A stretch of DNA of 64,000 bases from assembly GCA_963776925.1 (NCBI GenBank), contig CAVZON010000007.1:141158-205157 (forward strand). The letters are read 5' to 3'. This document shows positions 1 to 13,459 of the stretch, piece after piece (the stretch's first letter is position 1; each line of letters starts with the position of its first letter). A program made the position numbers and the translations under genes. Origin of the DNA: an uncultured Chloroflexia bacterium (GTDB taxonomy: Bacteria > Chloroflexota > Limnocylindria > Limnocylindrales > CSP1-4). The notes beneath the pieces were generated by a model. The model had not been told where the DNA came from and ran no database searches. It saw only the letters and a program-made list of their open reading frames with translations.

Positions 1-26
1 TTGCCGTTCGAGCTCGGGTCAGCCGC

Positions 27-1788
27 TCATTCGTCCGCCCCGCCCCACTTCTCGATGAGGTCGGACAGGCCCTTGCCGGCCGGCATCATCGGGAACACGT
101 TCTGCTCCTCGGCGATCTCGAACCAGATGAGCGCCGGGCCGTCGACCGCCTGGGCGGCGCGGATCGCCGTCGTCCACCTCGGCCGGCGTCGACGCCCGGA
201 AGGCCGGGATGCCGAACGCGTCGGCGAGCTTGGCGAAGTCCGGGCCGGGCAGGTGGGCCGAGTGGTAGTTGCCCGCGTAGATGATCTCCTGCCACTGGCG
301 GATCATCCCGAGCTTCTTGTTGTCGAGCAGCGCGATCTTGACCGGGATGTCGTCCGGCGACGAGCGTCATCAGCTCCTGGAAGGTCATCTGGAAGCCGCC
401 GTCGCCGGTGATCGCCCAGGTCTCGCGGTCCGGTCGGCCGAGCGCGGCGCCCATCGCCGCCGGGACGGAGAAGCCCATCGTCCCGAGGCCGCCCGACGAG
501 ACGTGGGAGTTCGGGCTTGCGGAAGCCGGTGTAGCGGGCCAGCCACATCTGGTTCTGGCCGACGTCGGCGACGTAGGTCGCCTGGTGGTCGGTCAGCTCG
601 CCGATCCGCTCGACGACGTAGTCGGCCGACAGCAGCCCGTCGCGCCAGGCGCCCGAGCCGTGCCACGACGACGCCTCCGAGTCGCGCCTTCCAGTCGGCG
701 AGCTGGTCGAGGTACGTCCGGCGCGTCGTCGCCGGGGTCTCGGGCGACCATCGGGGTGAGGGCGCTGCAGGACGCGCTTCGCGTCGCCGACGATCGGGCA
801 CCTCGACCGCCACGTTCTTGCCGATCTCGGCCGGGTCGATGTCGACGTGGATGATCCGGGCGTACGGCGCGTAGGTCCGGACGTTGCCGGTCACCCGGTC
901 GTCGAAGCGCATGCCGATGGCGATGAGCAGGTCGGCGCTCTGGATCGCCCGGTTGACGTGCTTCCAGCCGTGCATGCCCATGTAGCCGTAGGCCAGCGGG
1001 TGGGTCTCGTCGATCGCGCCGATCCCGAGCAGCGTCCAGGCGACCGGGATCTGACGTCTTCTCGGCGAAGGCCCGCAGGTCGTCCCAGGCCTCGGCGTGG
1101 AGGACGCCGTGGCCGGCCAGGATGACCGGCCGCTTGGCGGCGGCGATCTCCGCGGCGGCGAGCTTGAGCTGGCGGCCGTGGCCGTCGAGGTTCGGGCGGA
1201 AGCCGGGCAGGCCGGCGATGACCTCCGCCTCGGTCGGGTGCTCGGCGCCGGCGTCTCCTGCTGGAGCGCGTCCTTGGTGATGTCGATGTGGACCGGGCCC
1301 GGGCCGCCCGGTCCGGGCGATGTGGAACGCCTCGGCGATGACCCGCGGCAGGTCGTCGGCGTCGCGGACCAGGTAGTTGTGCTTGGTCATCGGCAGCGTG
1401 ATGCCGTTGATGTCGATCTCCTGGAACGCGTCCTTGCCGATCAGCGCGGCCGGGCACGTTGCCGGTGATGGCGACCATCGGCACCGAGTCGAGGAGGGCC
1501 GTCCCGATCCCGGTCACGAGGTTGGTGGCGCCCGGCCCGGACGTGCCCATGCACACGCCGACCCGGCCGGTCACCCGGGCATAGCCGTCGGCGGCGTGCG
1601 CGCCGCCCTGCTCGTGGCGGACGAGGACGTGGCGCAGCTCCGGGTAGTCGCCGAGGACGTCGTAGAGCGGGCAGGATGACGCCGCCCGGGTAGCTGAAGA
1701 AGACGTCGACGCCCTGGCGGAGCAGCGCCTCGCACAGGACGTCGGCCCCGATCCGCGTCCGCTTGAGGTCGCGCGCCTCGTGGAGCAT
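27..1788 (-). CDS. ilvB: acetolactate synthase large (catalytic) subunit; reading frame broken at least 6 times in this assembly
   Basis: Fragments from three minus frames join into a full ThDP-dependent ALS: [29 protein letters not shown]; [71 protein letters not shown]; [32 protein letters not shown]; [33 protein letters not shown]; [38 protein letters not shown]; [15 protein letters not shown]. Stop TGA at 29-27. An alternative ATG at 1925 has a GGAGGG RBS 9 nt upstream. Confidence 0.85.
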
Positions 1789-1954
1789 CGCCCTTCCGGG
1801 CGCTGCTCGACGGCCGCGGCCTCGGCCGTCCCGTCGCTGGGCACGTGGCTGCGCCGTCTCGTCGCCCGGCTGTCGGCCGCCCGCCGGACTGGGCGGCTTC
1901 GCGGTCTCCGTTCTGCGATCGTCATCGTGCTGGGCCCTCCGTGCCGTGTCGTCG

Positions 1955-1990
1955 GACAAAACAAAAGACCCTCGCCTCCCGGCGAGGGTC
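1955..1990 (-). terminator. intrinsic terminator or possible attenuator hairpin just upstream of ilvB
   Basis: Minus strand reads GACCCTCGCC-GGGA-GGCGAGGGTC (perfect 10-bp stem, 1990-1967) followed directly by TTTTGTTTTG (1966-1957). Confidence 0.7.
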
Positions 1991-2302
1991 CCTTCGGTCT
2001 GCGTGGTTCGTGGCGCCTAGCGCCTCGTCCCTCCGCGTTCCTCCGTTCTCCCGCCGGGAGCCGGTAATGAGCCCAAGAAGGCCACCAAGCCCCGGAAGCG
2101 AGCGAAGAAGCGCGAGGAGCGATACGTCGGCGAGGCGGTCCGGCCCGATGGGCACGTGGACGCGCCGACCGTCCGTCGTGACGACGACGGCGACCTTGCG
2201 GCGATCCTGCCGATCGAACCGGCCCAATGCGGCCTCCAGGCGCGGTGCCCGACGGCATGCCGCCGTGCGGTGCGCCGCAGTCTAGCAGGGATCGACGAGG
2301 CG

Positions 2303-3971
2303 TCAACGTCGCGCCGATGGTACCGGTCCGCGGTCATGCCGGATGCTCACGTCGGCGCTCGAGCGCAGCCGGTCGACGAGCCAGTCGCCGGACGCGGCAC
2401 CAGGCGCGTCGAGGTCGACCGGCTCGGTCGACGGCCGCTCCGATCGGCCGGCCGAGCAGGTAGCCCTGGCCGGCGCGGATGCCCGAGCGAGCGCACGAAC
2501 TCGAGCTGCTCGGGCGTCTCGATGCCTTCGGCGATGACCAGCGCGCCCCAGCGGTCGGCGAGGTCCTTGAGCGTGCGCACGACCTCGTGCGAGGTCGGCG
2601 CGGACGGCGCCGCCCTGGACGAGCGACAGGTCGATCTTGACGATGTCGAACTGGAGCTGGCGAGAGCAGGCGCAGGCCGGCGTTGCCGGCGCCGACGTCA
2701 TCGGCCGCGAGGCGCATGCCCGGCGGCGCGGCAGGCCTCGACCGCGCGGACGCAGCCGGTCCATGTCCTCGACGGCCTCGCGCTCGGTCAGCTCGAGCAC
2801 GACCCGGCCGCGGGTCGATGCCGTGGCGGTGCGAGCAGCTGCACGAGGCCGTGGACGCTGAAGTCGTCCGATCTCGAGCGTGCGCGGCGAGAGGTTGAGG
2901 GTCAGGCTCCCGGCAGCCGCAGCCGGGCGAACGCCGGCGATCGAGGTGGTCAGGCAGGCGAGGTCCAGCTCGACCGTCCGGCCGACCGCCTCGGCCGCCG
3001 CGAACAGCTCGCCCGGCATCGGCGAAGCCGCGAGCCGGGCATCGGCCGGATGAGGCCCTCGAAGCCCGCGCGGCGCCCGTTGCGCAGGTCGTAGATCGGC
3101 TGGAACACGGCGCGTCAGGGCGCCGGTCGCGGCGACCTGCGCGACGAGCGCGGCCGACTGCCTCGGCTCGTGCGCTCGCGCGGCGCTCGTCGTGGCGGTC
3201 CGGGTCGAAGATCGTGACGCACGTTCGGCCGTGCCGCTTGCCCGAAGAGCAGGGCCGCGTCGGCCTCGCGGTACAGCGTCGCCGCGGTCGCGTGGCCGTG
3301 CCCGGGTAGCGCGGCGACGCCCGGCCGTGAACGACCACGGCGCGCGCGGCTCGTCGTCACGGGTGCGATGCGTCCCCGATCGACCCTCGAGGGCGGTCGG
3401 CCAGCACGCGCCGCAGCGACAGGTAGCTGCCGTCGGCATCGGTGCCGGGCATGAGGACGGCGAACTCGTCGCCGCCGATCCGGAAGACGCGGTCCGTGCG
3501 GCGCAGGCCGGCGGTCAGCGTCGGCGGCCACGCCGACGAGGACGCGGTCGCCGACCCACGTGGCCCTTCGACGTCGTTGATCCGCCGGAAGTCGTCGAGG
3601 TCGACGATGGCCAGGGCGAAGCGGCTGCTGGTAGCGGGTCGCGCCGGCCCACATGCCGCTCGAGCTCCTCCTGGAAGGCGCGGTGGTTGCCGAGCCCGGT
3701 CAGCGAGTCGCGCAGCGACTCGGCGCGGGCGCGCGTGTAGGCGTCCTCGAGGACGACCCGCGCCCGGTCCAGCCGTTCGGCCGGCTCCAGCACGCGGCGC
3801 GCCAGCCAGACCGTGAGCCCGCCGAGGACGACGGCCAGGACGACGATGCCGACCGTCGGCACCAGGATGGATCCGCCGTCGTCGCGAGGCGAGGGCGTAG
3901 ACGAGCGGGGCCGCGATGGCGATCGGGATCGCGAACATCGTGACGAGCGCCAGGAACAGCCGGAGCCGCAC
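2303..3971 (-). CDS. membrane-anchored GGDEF-EAL protein (c-di-GMP turnover); several frame breaks
   Basis: N-terminal TM segments: [28 protein letters not shown] and [28 protein letters not shown] part: [54 protein letters not shown] part: [80 protein letters not shown]. The pieces lie in three minus frames. The 3' end could be 2303 or 2334. Confidence 0.8.
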
Positions 3972-4290
3972 GACCCGCAGGTCGGTCGACCCGTCGAAGA
4001 TCGTCTGGGCAGGATCCTGGTCGTCGCTGTACGGCGCGCGGTCGTCGGTGATGGTGCGTCCCTCCGGTCGCAGGTGGACTCCGGAATGTGGTTATACGGC
4101 CGCGGGGGCACGGCGCGGACGGGCACCGTCGTACCGGTGTACATAGGACGAACGTTGCCCCGATGCACCCATGACGCATGGCGGCGGTACGCCCGGATGG
4201 CCGCCACCGGACCGTTGGTCCGACCGGTCGCCGAGCCGACCTGTGCTAGCCTCAGCGACCCCGAAACCCGCACGCAGGACGCCTCGCCAC

Positions 4291-5742
4291 ATGCCCCCCG
4301 ACAGCCCGCGCACCATCGTCGACAAGATCTGGACCGACCACGTCGTGACCCAGGATCCGGGGGCGCCGGCCGTCCTCGCCGTGGACCTCCACCTCGTCCA
4401 CGAGGTGACCTCGCCGCAGGCGTTCACCGGGCTTCGACAGCGCGGCCTGCCGCGTCCGCCGGCCGGCCCAGACCGTGGCCACCGCGGACCACTCGATCCC
4501 GACGACGCCGCGCAGCCTGCCGATGCTCGATCTCCAGGCCGCGGCCCAGATCAGCCAGCTGGAGCGGAACTGCGCCGAGTTCGGCATCCCGCTCCACGGC
4601 ATCGGCTCGCCGAGCCAGGGCATCGTCCACGTCATCGGCCCGCAGCTGGGGCTGACCCAGCCGGGCATGACGATCGTGTGCGGTGACTCGCACACCTCGA
4701 CCCACGGGGCGTTCGGCGCGCTGGCCTTCGGCATCGGGACGTCCGAGGTCGAGATGGTGCTCGCGACCCAGACCCTCCTCCAGCGCGATCCGAAGACCTA
4801 CGAGGTCCGCGTCGACGGCCGGCTCGCGCCCGGCGTCAGCAGCCAAGGACATCATCCTGGCCCTGATCGCCCGGATCGGGGTCGGTGGCGGGACCGGCCA
4901 CGTCTTCGAGTACCGCGGCGAGGCCATCCGGGCGCTGACGATGGAACAGCGGATGACCATCTGCAACATGAGCATCGAGGGCGGCGCACGGGCCGGCCTG
5001 ATCGCCCCGGACGACACGACGTTCGAGTACATGCACGGCCGAGCCGCACGTCCCGCAGGGCGCCGACTGGGATGCGGCCGTCGCCCGCTGGCGGACGCCT
5101 CCCGACCGACGACGGCGCGACGTTCGACAAGTCGATCGTCATCGACGCCGACGCCCTCGAGCCGATGATCACCTACGGCACGAACCCGGGCATGGGCATC
5201 CCCATCACGTCGAACGTGCCGTCGCCCGACGAGGAGACCGATCCGTCCGCGCGGCGCGCCCTCGAGCGAGCGCTCGAGTACATGGACCTGCGCCCCGGCC
5301 AGGCGATCCTCGGCCAGAAGGTCGACGTCGTCTTCGTCGGCTCGTGCACCAACGGCCGCATCAGCGACCTGCGCCTGGCTGCCGCGGCCCTCAAGGACCG
5401 CAAGGTCGCCGACGGTGTGCGCGCTGATGGTCACGCCGGGCAGCGACGAGGTGAAGCGCGAGGCCGAGCGCGAGGGCCTGGCCGACATCTTCAAGGCCGC
5501 CGGTGCCGACTGGCGCGAGTCCGGCTGCTCGATGTGCATCGCGATGAACGGCGACCAGCTGCAGCCCGGTCAGTACGCGGTCAGCACGAGCAACCGCAAC
5601 TTCGAGGGTCGCCAGGGCAAGGGCGGCCGGACCTTCCTGGCCTCGCCGCTGACCGCGGCCGCGACCGCCATCAGCGGCGTCGTCGACCGATCCGCGGACC
5701 CTGCCCGGCATCGAGACGCTGGCCGCGGTCGGAGGGCGCTGA
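4291..5742 (+). CDS. leuC: 3-isopropylmalate dehydratase large subunit; about 4 frame breaks
   Basis: Motifs: [151 protein letters not shown] 4291; TGA 5740-5742. Confidence 0.9.
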
Positions 5743-5744
5743 CG

Positions 5745-6370
5745 ATGGCCGAGCCGTACACGATGTTCACCAGCAAGGTCGTCCCGCTCGACGCGGAGAA
5801 CGTCGACACCGACCAGATCGTCCCCGCCCGCTACCTCAAGGTGACCGACAAGGCCGGCCTCGCCGACGCGCTCTTCCGCGACTGGCGGTTCGAGGAGGAC
5901 GGCTCGCTCAAGGACCCTCGGTTCATCCTCGACCAGCCGGGGATGGCCGGTCGCAAGATCCTCCTCGTCGGCGACAACTTCGGCGCCGGCTCGTCCCGCG
6001 AGCACGCGCCCTGGGCGCTGACGTCGTGGGGCGTCGCGCGCGATCCTGTCGACGAGCTACGCCGACATCTTCCGCAACAACAGCCTCAAGAACGGCCTGC
6101 TGCCGATCGTCGTGCCGCCCGAGGTCCACGGGCGGCTGTGGCAGCTCCTGGCCGACGACCCTGAGGCGGAGCTGACGATCGACCTGGCGGAGGAGGGCAT
6201 CCTCCTGCCGGACGGCTCGACCGTCGACTTCCACATCGACCCGTTCGCCAAGCGGATGCTCCTCGCCGGGACGGACGAGCTGGGCTACCTGCTCGTCGAA
6301 GGAGCCGGAGCTCGAGGCGTGGGAGGCGGCCCACCCGCCTCGCATCGATACGCTGGCCGGGGCTCGCTGA
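5745..6370 (+). CDS. leuD: 3-isopropylmalate dehydratase small subunit; 2 frame breaks
   Basis: [53 protein letters not shown]. After a frame change: [19 protein letters not shown] and [22 protein letters not shown] lies 3 nt after the leuC stop. TGA 6368-6370. Confidence 0.9.
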
Positions 6371-6389
6371 CCCCGGACGACGGGACGGC

Positions 6390-6554
6390 CTAGCGCGCGA
6401 CGGCGTGGGCCAGGCGGATCAGGAGCTGCCGGAGCGCGGGGCGGCGGTCGCTCGCGGGGCGTCCGACGGACGGGCTGGGTCCATGCGCGCCGCGCTCTTC
6501 GGCGGCGGACAGGCTGGTGCGGAGGATCACGTCGTGCGGCGTATGTCGAGGCAT
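6390..6554 (-). CDS. hypothetical small protein (54 aa), tentative
   Basis: ATG preceded by AGGAAG 8 nt upstream. GC3 is high through the ORF. No recognisable family (MPRHTPHDVILRTSLSAAEERG...LLIRLAHAVAR). Confidence 0.3.
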   Translation of the reverse strand: MPRHTPHDVILRTSLSAAEERGAHGPSPSVGRPASDRRPALRQLLIRLAHAVAR

Positions 6555-6737
6555 CGGGAGGACTTCCTGGTTCGTGGTGGCTCGATGGCCATGGATGGCG
6601 GCCGACCGCGATCGTCGCCCTCGCCCGCACCCGACGCCCACCGGCAGACGGCCACGGTCGACCGTCGTCACTTGACGTACTCGGCCACGACGTCGGGCGA
6701 TCCGGAACCGGTCGCCGCCACGAGCCGTCTGCCGCGC

Positions 6738-7231
6738 ATGGACGATCTGCGACTCGCCCGCCGGTTCCGGCTCGGCATCATCACCACCATCCTGGCCATC
6801 GGTCTCGCCGCGTGTGGGAGCGCGGCCGATCCGGATGCGGCCGTCTCGTCACCACCCGACGGCGTCGGCGCCGTCAGCCCCGACCCGGCGGCTGTGTTCG
6901 TCGTGCCACGTCCCGGCCAGCTCGACGTCCACGACGTCGCCGCGGACCGATTCGAGGCCACCGTCGACGGCTCGACGATGACGGTCACCGCGACCTGGAC
7001 GAGCGGCGTCGAACCGTGCTCGACCCTCGACACGGTCGTCGTCGACCAGAGGACGCCCGGGGTCATCACCGTGACGCTCCGCGAGGGCCATGGTCCCGAG
7101 GATATCGCCTGCGTCGCCATCGCCATGGAGCACCAGACGCGAATTCGACGATCCCGGACGTGGCGCCGGGGACCTACACGATCCGCGATGGGGCCGGCAA
7201 CGCCCCGGACGTCGAGGTCGTCGTCGGCTGA
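6738..7231 (+). CDS. hypothetical lipoprotein; 1 frame break near 7140
   Basis: MDDLRLARRFRLGIITTILAIGLAAC-GS signal peptide with lipobox. The C-terminal about 30 aa continue in another frame (TYTIRDGAGNAPDVEVVVG-stop). Confidence 0.6.
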
Positions 7232-7326
7232 CGCCCATCGGCCCGCCGCGCCGGGCCAGCAGCCTCGGAGCCGGACTCCGCCTGTCGCGGCCGACGGCTC
7301 TCGCGACCTGTGCGACCATCCCGCCA

Positions 7327-8511
7327 GTGAACCCGCTGGACATCATCGCCGTCCTGCTCGTCGTGCTCGCGGTCCTCCTCGGCTTCCGCTCGGGTGCGCT
7401 CCCCCAGGTCGGCGGCCTGCTCGGCGCGATCGGCGGCGGCGCCCTCGTCATCGCCGCGCTGCCCGCGCTGACCGACACCCTCGAAGGCATCGACCCGGCC
7501 ATCCGGCCGTTCGTCGTGCTCGGCGGGTTGCTGCTCGCGGTCGGGCTTGGCGAGTCGATCGGCTCGGCCATCGGTCGGTCCGTGGCCCGTGGGCTGGGGA
7601 CGGGCGTGATGAGCGCCGCCGACCGCGTGGCTGGGAGCTTCCTGGGCGCCGGACAGGCCCTGCTCATCGTGTGGCTCGCCGGCGGGCTGCTGGCGCTCGG
7701 ACCGGTCCCCAGGCTGGCCGAGGACGCCCAGACATCGACCGCGGTCCGTGGCCTCAACGCGGTCCTGCCGCCGCCGACGGAGATCGCCGCGGAGCTCGGT
7801 GGCCTGCTCGATGCGTCGGGCCTGCCGGAGGTCTTCGTCGGGTTCGACCCGCTGCCGCGGCCGCCGGTCGAGCTGCCGGCCGATGCGACCGCACGGGCGA
7901 TCTTCGAGCTGGCCTCGCCGAGCACGTTCCGGGTCGTCGCCGCGACCTGTGGCTACGAGTCGTCGGGCAGCGGTGTGGTCGTGGCCGATGGCGCCATCGT
8001 GACCAACGCCCATGTCGTGGCCGGCGCCCGCCGGGGCGGCGTGAAGGTCATCGCCACCGACGGCGAGCCGTACGACGCGACGGTCGTGCTGCTCGACCCG
8101 GACCTCGATGTCGCCCTCCTCCACGTCGACGGGCTGGATGCTCCGGTCCTGCCGTTCGCGGCCGCGGATCCGGAGCGGGGCGCCCTCGGGGCCGCGCTCG
8201 GCTATCCCGGTGGCGAGCGGCTGACCGTCGTGCCGGCTGCGGTGGCCGGCGCCTACCCGGCGACGGGCCGCGACATCTACGCCGAGGACCTCGTCCGGCG
8301 CGACATCCTGGAGCTCCACGCCCGGATCGATCCCGGCGACAGCGGCGGGCCGTTCGTGCTCGAGGACGGCTCGATCGGCGGGCTGGTGTTCGCCGAGGCC
8401 CGGACCGATGACCAGGTCGGCTACGCCCTGGCACCGACCGACGTGGCGGCACGCATCGGACCGGCACTCGACCGCACGGAACGCGTGGCGACCGGCGACT
8501 GCGTCCGCTAG
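7327..8511 (+). CDS. CvpA-family membrane domain fused to a trypsin-like serine protease (MarP/Rv3671c-like architecture)
   Basis: GTG 7327. N-terminal multi-TM region (VNPLDIIAVLLVVLAVLLGF, GGLLGAIGGGALVIAAL, FVVLGGLLLAVGLG, GQALLIVWLAGGLLALG). Protease triad contexts: TNAHVV, DVALLHV, GDSGGP. Intact frame. Confidence 0.85.
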   Translation: MNPLDIIAVLLVVLAVLLGFRSGALPQVGGLLGAIGGGALVIAALPALTDTLEGIDPAIRPFVVLGGLLLAVGLGESIGSAIGRSVARGLGTGVMSAADRVAGSFLGAGQALLIVWLAGGLLALGPVPRLAEDAQTSTAVRGLNAVLPPPTEIAAELGGLLDASGLPEVFVGFDPLPRPPVELPADATARAIFELASPSTFRVVAATCGYESSGSGVVVADGAIVTNAHVVAGARRGGVKVIATDGEPYDATVVLLDPDLDVALLHVDGLDAPVLPFAAADPERGALGAALGYPGGERLTVVPAAVAGAYPATGRDIYAEDLVRRDILELHARIDPGDSGGPFVLEDGSIGGLVFAEARTDDQVGYALAPTDVAARIGPALDRTERVATGDCVR

Positions 8512-8550
8512 CGACCGCGGGCGCGGCCGGCGCGCGGTCGCCGACGCGGG

Positions 8551-8967
8551 TCAGTGGGCCCGGTCGCCCTCCAGCGCGGCCAGCCGCTGGGCGACGACGC
8601 GCAGCATGCCCGACTCGATCTCCGGGTGGTCCAGGCGCAGGGCGTTGAACTCGCGGGCGCCGAGGACGATGAGCCGGCACGGGGTCGTGCACGTCACGGT
8701 CGCCGTGCGCGGGATCCGGGCGACGAGCGCCAGCTCGCCGAAGGTGTCGCCGGCCCCGAGGTCGCGCAGATGCTGGCCATCCCGCTCGACGGAGACCGTG
8801 CCCTCGACGATGACGTAGAACTCGTGGCCCGCGGATCCCTGGGCGGCGAGGACCTTGCCGGGCTTGGCATCGATCTCGTCGCTGGCGCGCGCGATCGCAT
8901 CCAGGTCACGGGCGTTCAGCCCGGCGAAGAACGGGACCTGCGAGAGGAGTCGCTGCTTCTGGTCCAT
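8551..8967 (-). CDS. stand-alone cyclic-nucleotide-binding domain protein (138 aa)
   Basis: MDQKQRLLSQVPFFAGLNARDL, EFYVIVEGTVSV, GAGDTFGELALVARIPRTATV. Typical CNB fold, intact. Confidence 0.85.
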   Translation of the reverse strand: MDQKQRLLSQVPFFAGLNARDLDAIARASDEIDAKPGKVLAAQGSAGHEFYVIVEGTVSVERDGQHLRDLGAGDTFGELALVARIPRTATVTCTTPCRLIVLGAREFNALRLDHPEIESGMLRVVAQRLAALEGDRAH

Positions 8968-9097
8968 CGTCGGCCGTCGTCCTCCAGAGGGCGGAGCTGC
9001 CATCCGTCGCAGGGCGCCACGTCGCGGCAGCATAGACGCTGGCGGGGCCGCCGGAAAGACATCCGGGTGGGACGAGTGGTCGATATGCTGTCGGTCC

Positions 9098-10766
9098 ATG
9101 CGTCGAGCCTTCGCCGACACGCTGCGCCCGGCGCTCGACGCCATGCGGACGACGCTGTCCGACCCGGACCTCCGCGGCCTGCTCGTGGCCTGGTTCACGG
9201 TCATGGCCGGCAAGTGGGCCTTCCTCGTCGCCGGGCTCGTCATCGCCTACGACGCCGGTGGCGCGGTCGCGGTCGGGATCTTCGGCCTGGCCCGGTATCT
9301 GCCGCCGACGATCCTCGCGCCGTTCACCGGGCTGCTGACGGTCCGCTGGCGTCCGGAGGTCGTGTTCCGTGCGACGAACGCGATCCGGACGCTGATGGTC
9401 GCCGCCGCGTTCCTGGTCGTGGTCGCGGACCTGCCGTTCGCCGTCTACCTCCTCGTCGTCGCGCTCGAGGCCGGCATCGGCGCCGCGACGCGTCCGCTGT
9501 ACATGGCGCTGCTGCCGGCGATCGCGCGGACCCCATCGCAGCTCGTCGCGTCCAACGTCGCGTCGAGCGCGATGGAAGGGATCGGGACGTTCGTCGGGCC
9601 GGCGGTCGCCGGCCTGCTGTTGACCCAGGGCGGTCCGGCGAGCGTCATCCTGGCCGTCGTCGGGGTCTACGCGGCCGGCGTCTGGGCGATCATCCGGCTG
9701 ACCGTCCCGGCGGTCGGACGGCCGGTCGCCAGCGTGGCCGCCGCGCTCGAGCAGGTCTCGGCGGGCGTCCGGGCCGTCACGACCCTGTCCGGTCCTCGCC
9801 TCGTGGTGCTCGACCTCGGGGCGCAGACGTTCGTGCGCGGTCTGTTGACCGTCCTTGTGGTGGTCGCGTCTGTGGAGCTGCTGCCGCTGGGCGACCCCGG
9901 CGTCGGGACGCTGAACGCGATGATGGGCCTGGGTGGGCTGCTCGGCGCGATGGTCGCGGTCCTGCTCGCCGGCCGCGAGCGCCTCGGCCCGGCGTTCCTG
10001 CTGGCCCTCGCCGGATGGGGGCTGCCGATCGCGGTCTTCGGCCTCGTGCCGACCGTGGTCGTGGCGCTCCTGGCGATGACGATGGTCGGCGTCAGCAACT
10101 CGGTCCTCGACGTCGCCGGTTTCACGCTCGTCCAGCGGACGACGCCGAACCAGAGTCGCGTCGCCGTCCTGGGGCTGCTCGACAGCGTGGCCAATGGCGG
10201 CGTGGCCATCGGCGGCATCGTGGCGCCGATCCTCATCGTGGCCTTCGGGACGGCGCCGGCGCTCATCGTGGCCGGCGCCATCCTGCCACTGGCCGCGATC
10301 GTGTCGGTGCCGTTCATGCGGCGCATCGACGAGGGCGGCCCGGCCGTCGCCGTGCGGGTCGAGCTGCTGCGGGCGAACCCCCTCTTCGCTCCGCTGTCGC
10401 TGGCCACGGTCGAATACCTCTCGTCGTGCCTGCAGCCCGTCGAGTACGACGACGGCGCGTGGCTGATGCGCGAGGGCGACCACGGCACGGAGTACCTGCT
10501 CATCGAGACGGGGACGGTCACGGTCAGCCAGGGCGGCCAGACGATCCGCGATCTCGGCGCCGGGGAGCGGGGTCGGCGAGATCGCGCTGCTCCGGCACGT
10601 CCATCGGACCGCATCGGTCCAGGCTCGTGGCCCCGTCCGCGCGTTCAGCCTGCACCGGGATGCCTTCCTGGAGGCGGTCACGGGCCATCCCGTCGGCCGC
10701 GAGGTGGCCTCGACCGTGGCCGACGAGCACCTGGCCGCGGACCGGGAGCGCCCGGCACTACACTGA
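9098..10766 (+). CDS. MFS transporter with C-terminal cyclic-nucleotide-binding domain; 1 frame break near 10565
   Basis: Long multi-TM body (LLPAIARTPSQLVASNVASSAMEGIGTFVGPAVAG, LLAMTMVGVSNSVLDVAGFTLVQRTTP). CNB domain follows: LFAPLSLATVEYL, GDHGTEYLLIETGTVTV, and after the frame change GVGEIALLRHVHRTASV. TGA 10764-10766. Confidence 0.8.
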
Positions 10767-10807
10767 CCCGGCGTCCCACCCAGCCCCGAGCCGGAGAGCC
10801 GTTCCCG

Positions 10808-12553
<1,746 letters not shown>

Positions 12554-12557
<4 letters not shown>

Positions 12558-13459
12558 CCGTCGCCATCCCGATCGGGATCAAGACCTCGCCGCAGGGCGT
12601 CGACTGGCAGACCCTCGACGGCGCATGGGCCCGCATCGGCGAGCACGACGTCTTCGATGCGGTCTGGATGAACGACCACCTGACCGACATCAACCACGAG
12701 CGCCACGGCCCCAGCTTCGAGGCGCTCACCGCGATGGCCGCGCTCGTCCATCGCGTGCCCGGCAAATGGGTCGGCCACGCCGTCCTGTCGAACACCTTCC
12801 GGCATCCGGCGGTGCTGGCCAAGGCCGCGACGGTCATGGACCACGCCACCGGCGGCCGGTTCATCCTGGGTCTCGGGGCGGGCTGGCACGAGGGCGAGCA
12901 CGAGCCGTTCGGCATCCCCCTGCCGTCGATGCCCGAGCGCTTCGATCGGTTCGAGTCTGGCGTCCACGTGCTCCGCGCCCTGTGGTCCGCCGAGGCCGCG
13001 TCGCCACCCGGCGTCACCCGGCCCGATCCGTTCTACCCACTGCACGAGGCGACCAACGAGCCGGCTCCGCTGACGCCGGGTGGTCCCCAGCTCTGGCTGG
13101 GCGGCCAGAAGCGGCGGGGCATCGCCCTCGCGGCCGCGGTCGCCGATGGCTGGGCCCTGCCGACGGTCGTGGCGCTCGGGGCACCATCCGACCTCGTCTA
13201 TTTCAGCGAGAAGCGTGAGCGCATCCTGGCGGCCCTGGCCGACATCGGGCGCGATCCGGCCACGTTCACCATCAGCGCCCAGATCCCGACCGGGACCACG
13301 GCCGAGGACCGGGCCTGGGCGCTCGATCAGGCGCGCGAAGCGATCGAGCGCGGGGCGACGCACCTCATCCTCGGCATGCCGGCGGCCCTCGGCGCGGCCG
13401 GCGTCGACGCCGTCGCCAGCGACGTCGCCATCCCGCTGCGGGACACGGCCGGCGGATGA
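12554..13459 (+). CDS. luciferase-like monooxygenase (LLM) family oxidoreductase, probably F420-dependent
   Basis: GTG overlaps the ilvD stop (GTGA). Motifs: [55 protein letters not shown]. Intact. Confidence 0.75.

Noticed and set aside
1922-2227. Minus-strand ORF with Val and Leu runs ([27 protein letters not shown]) as a possible ilv leader peptide
   Set aside because: It is 101 codons long and reads straight through the terminator hairpin instead of stopping before it. Its Leu run uses CTT codons that are atypical here. It is the exact antisense of a plus-strand frame with higher GC3. The terminator itself is kept as a finding.
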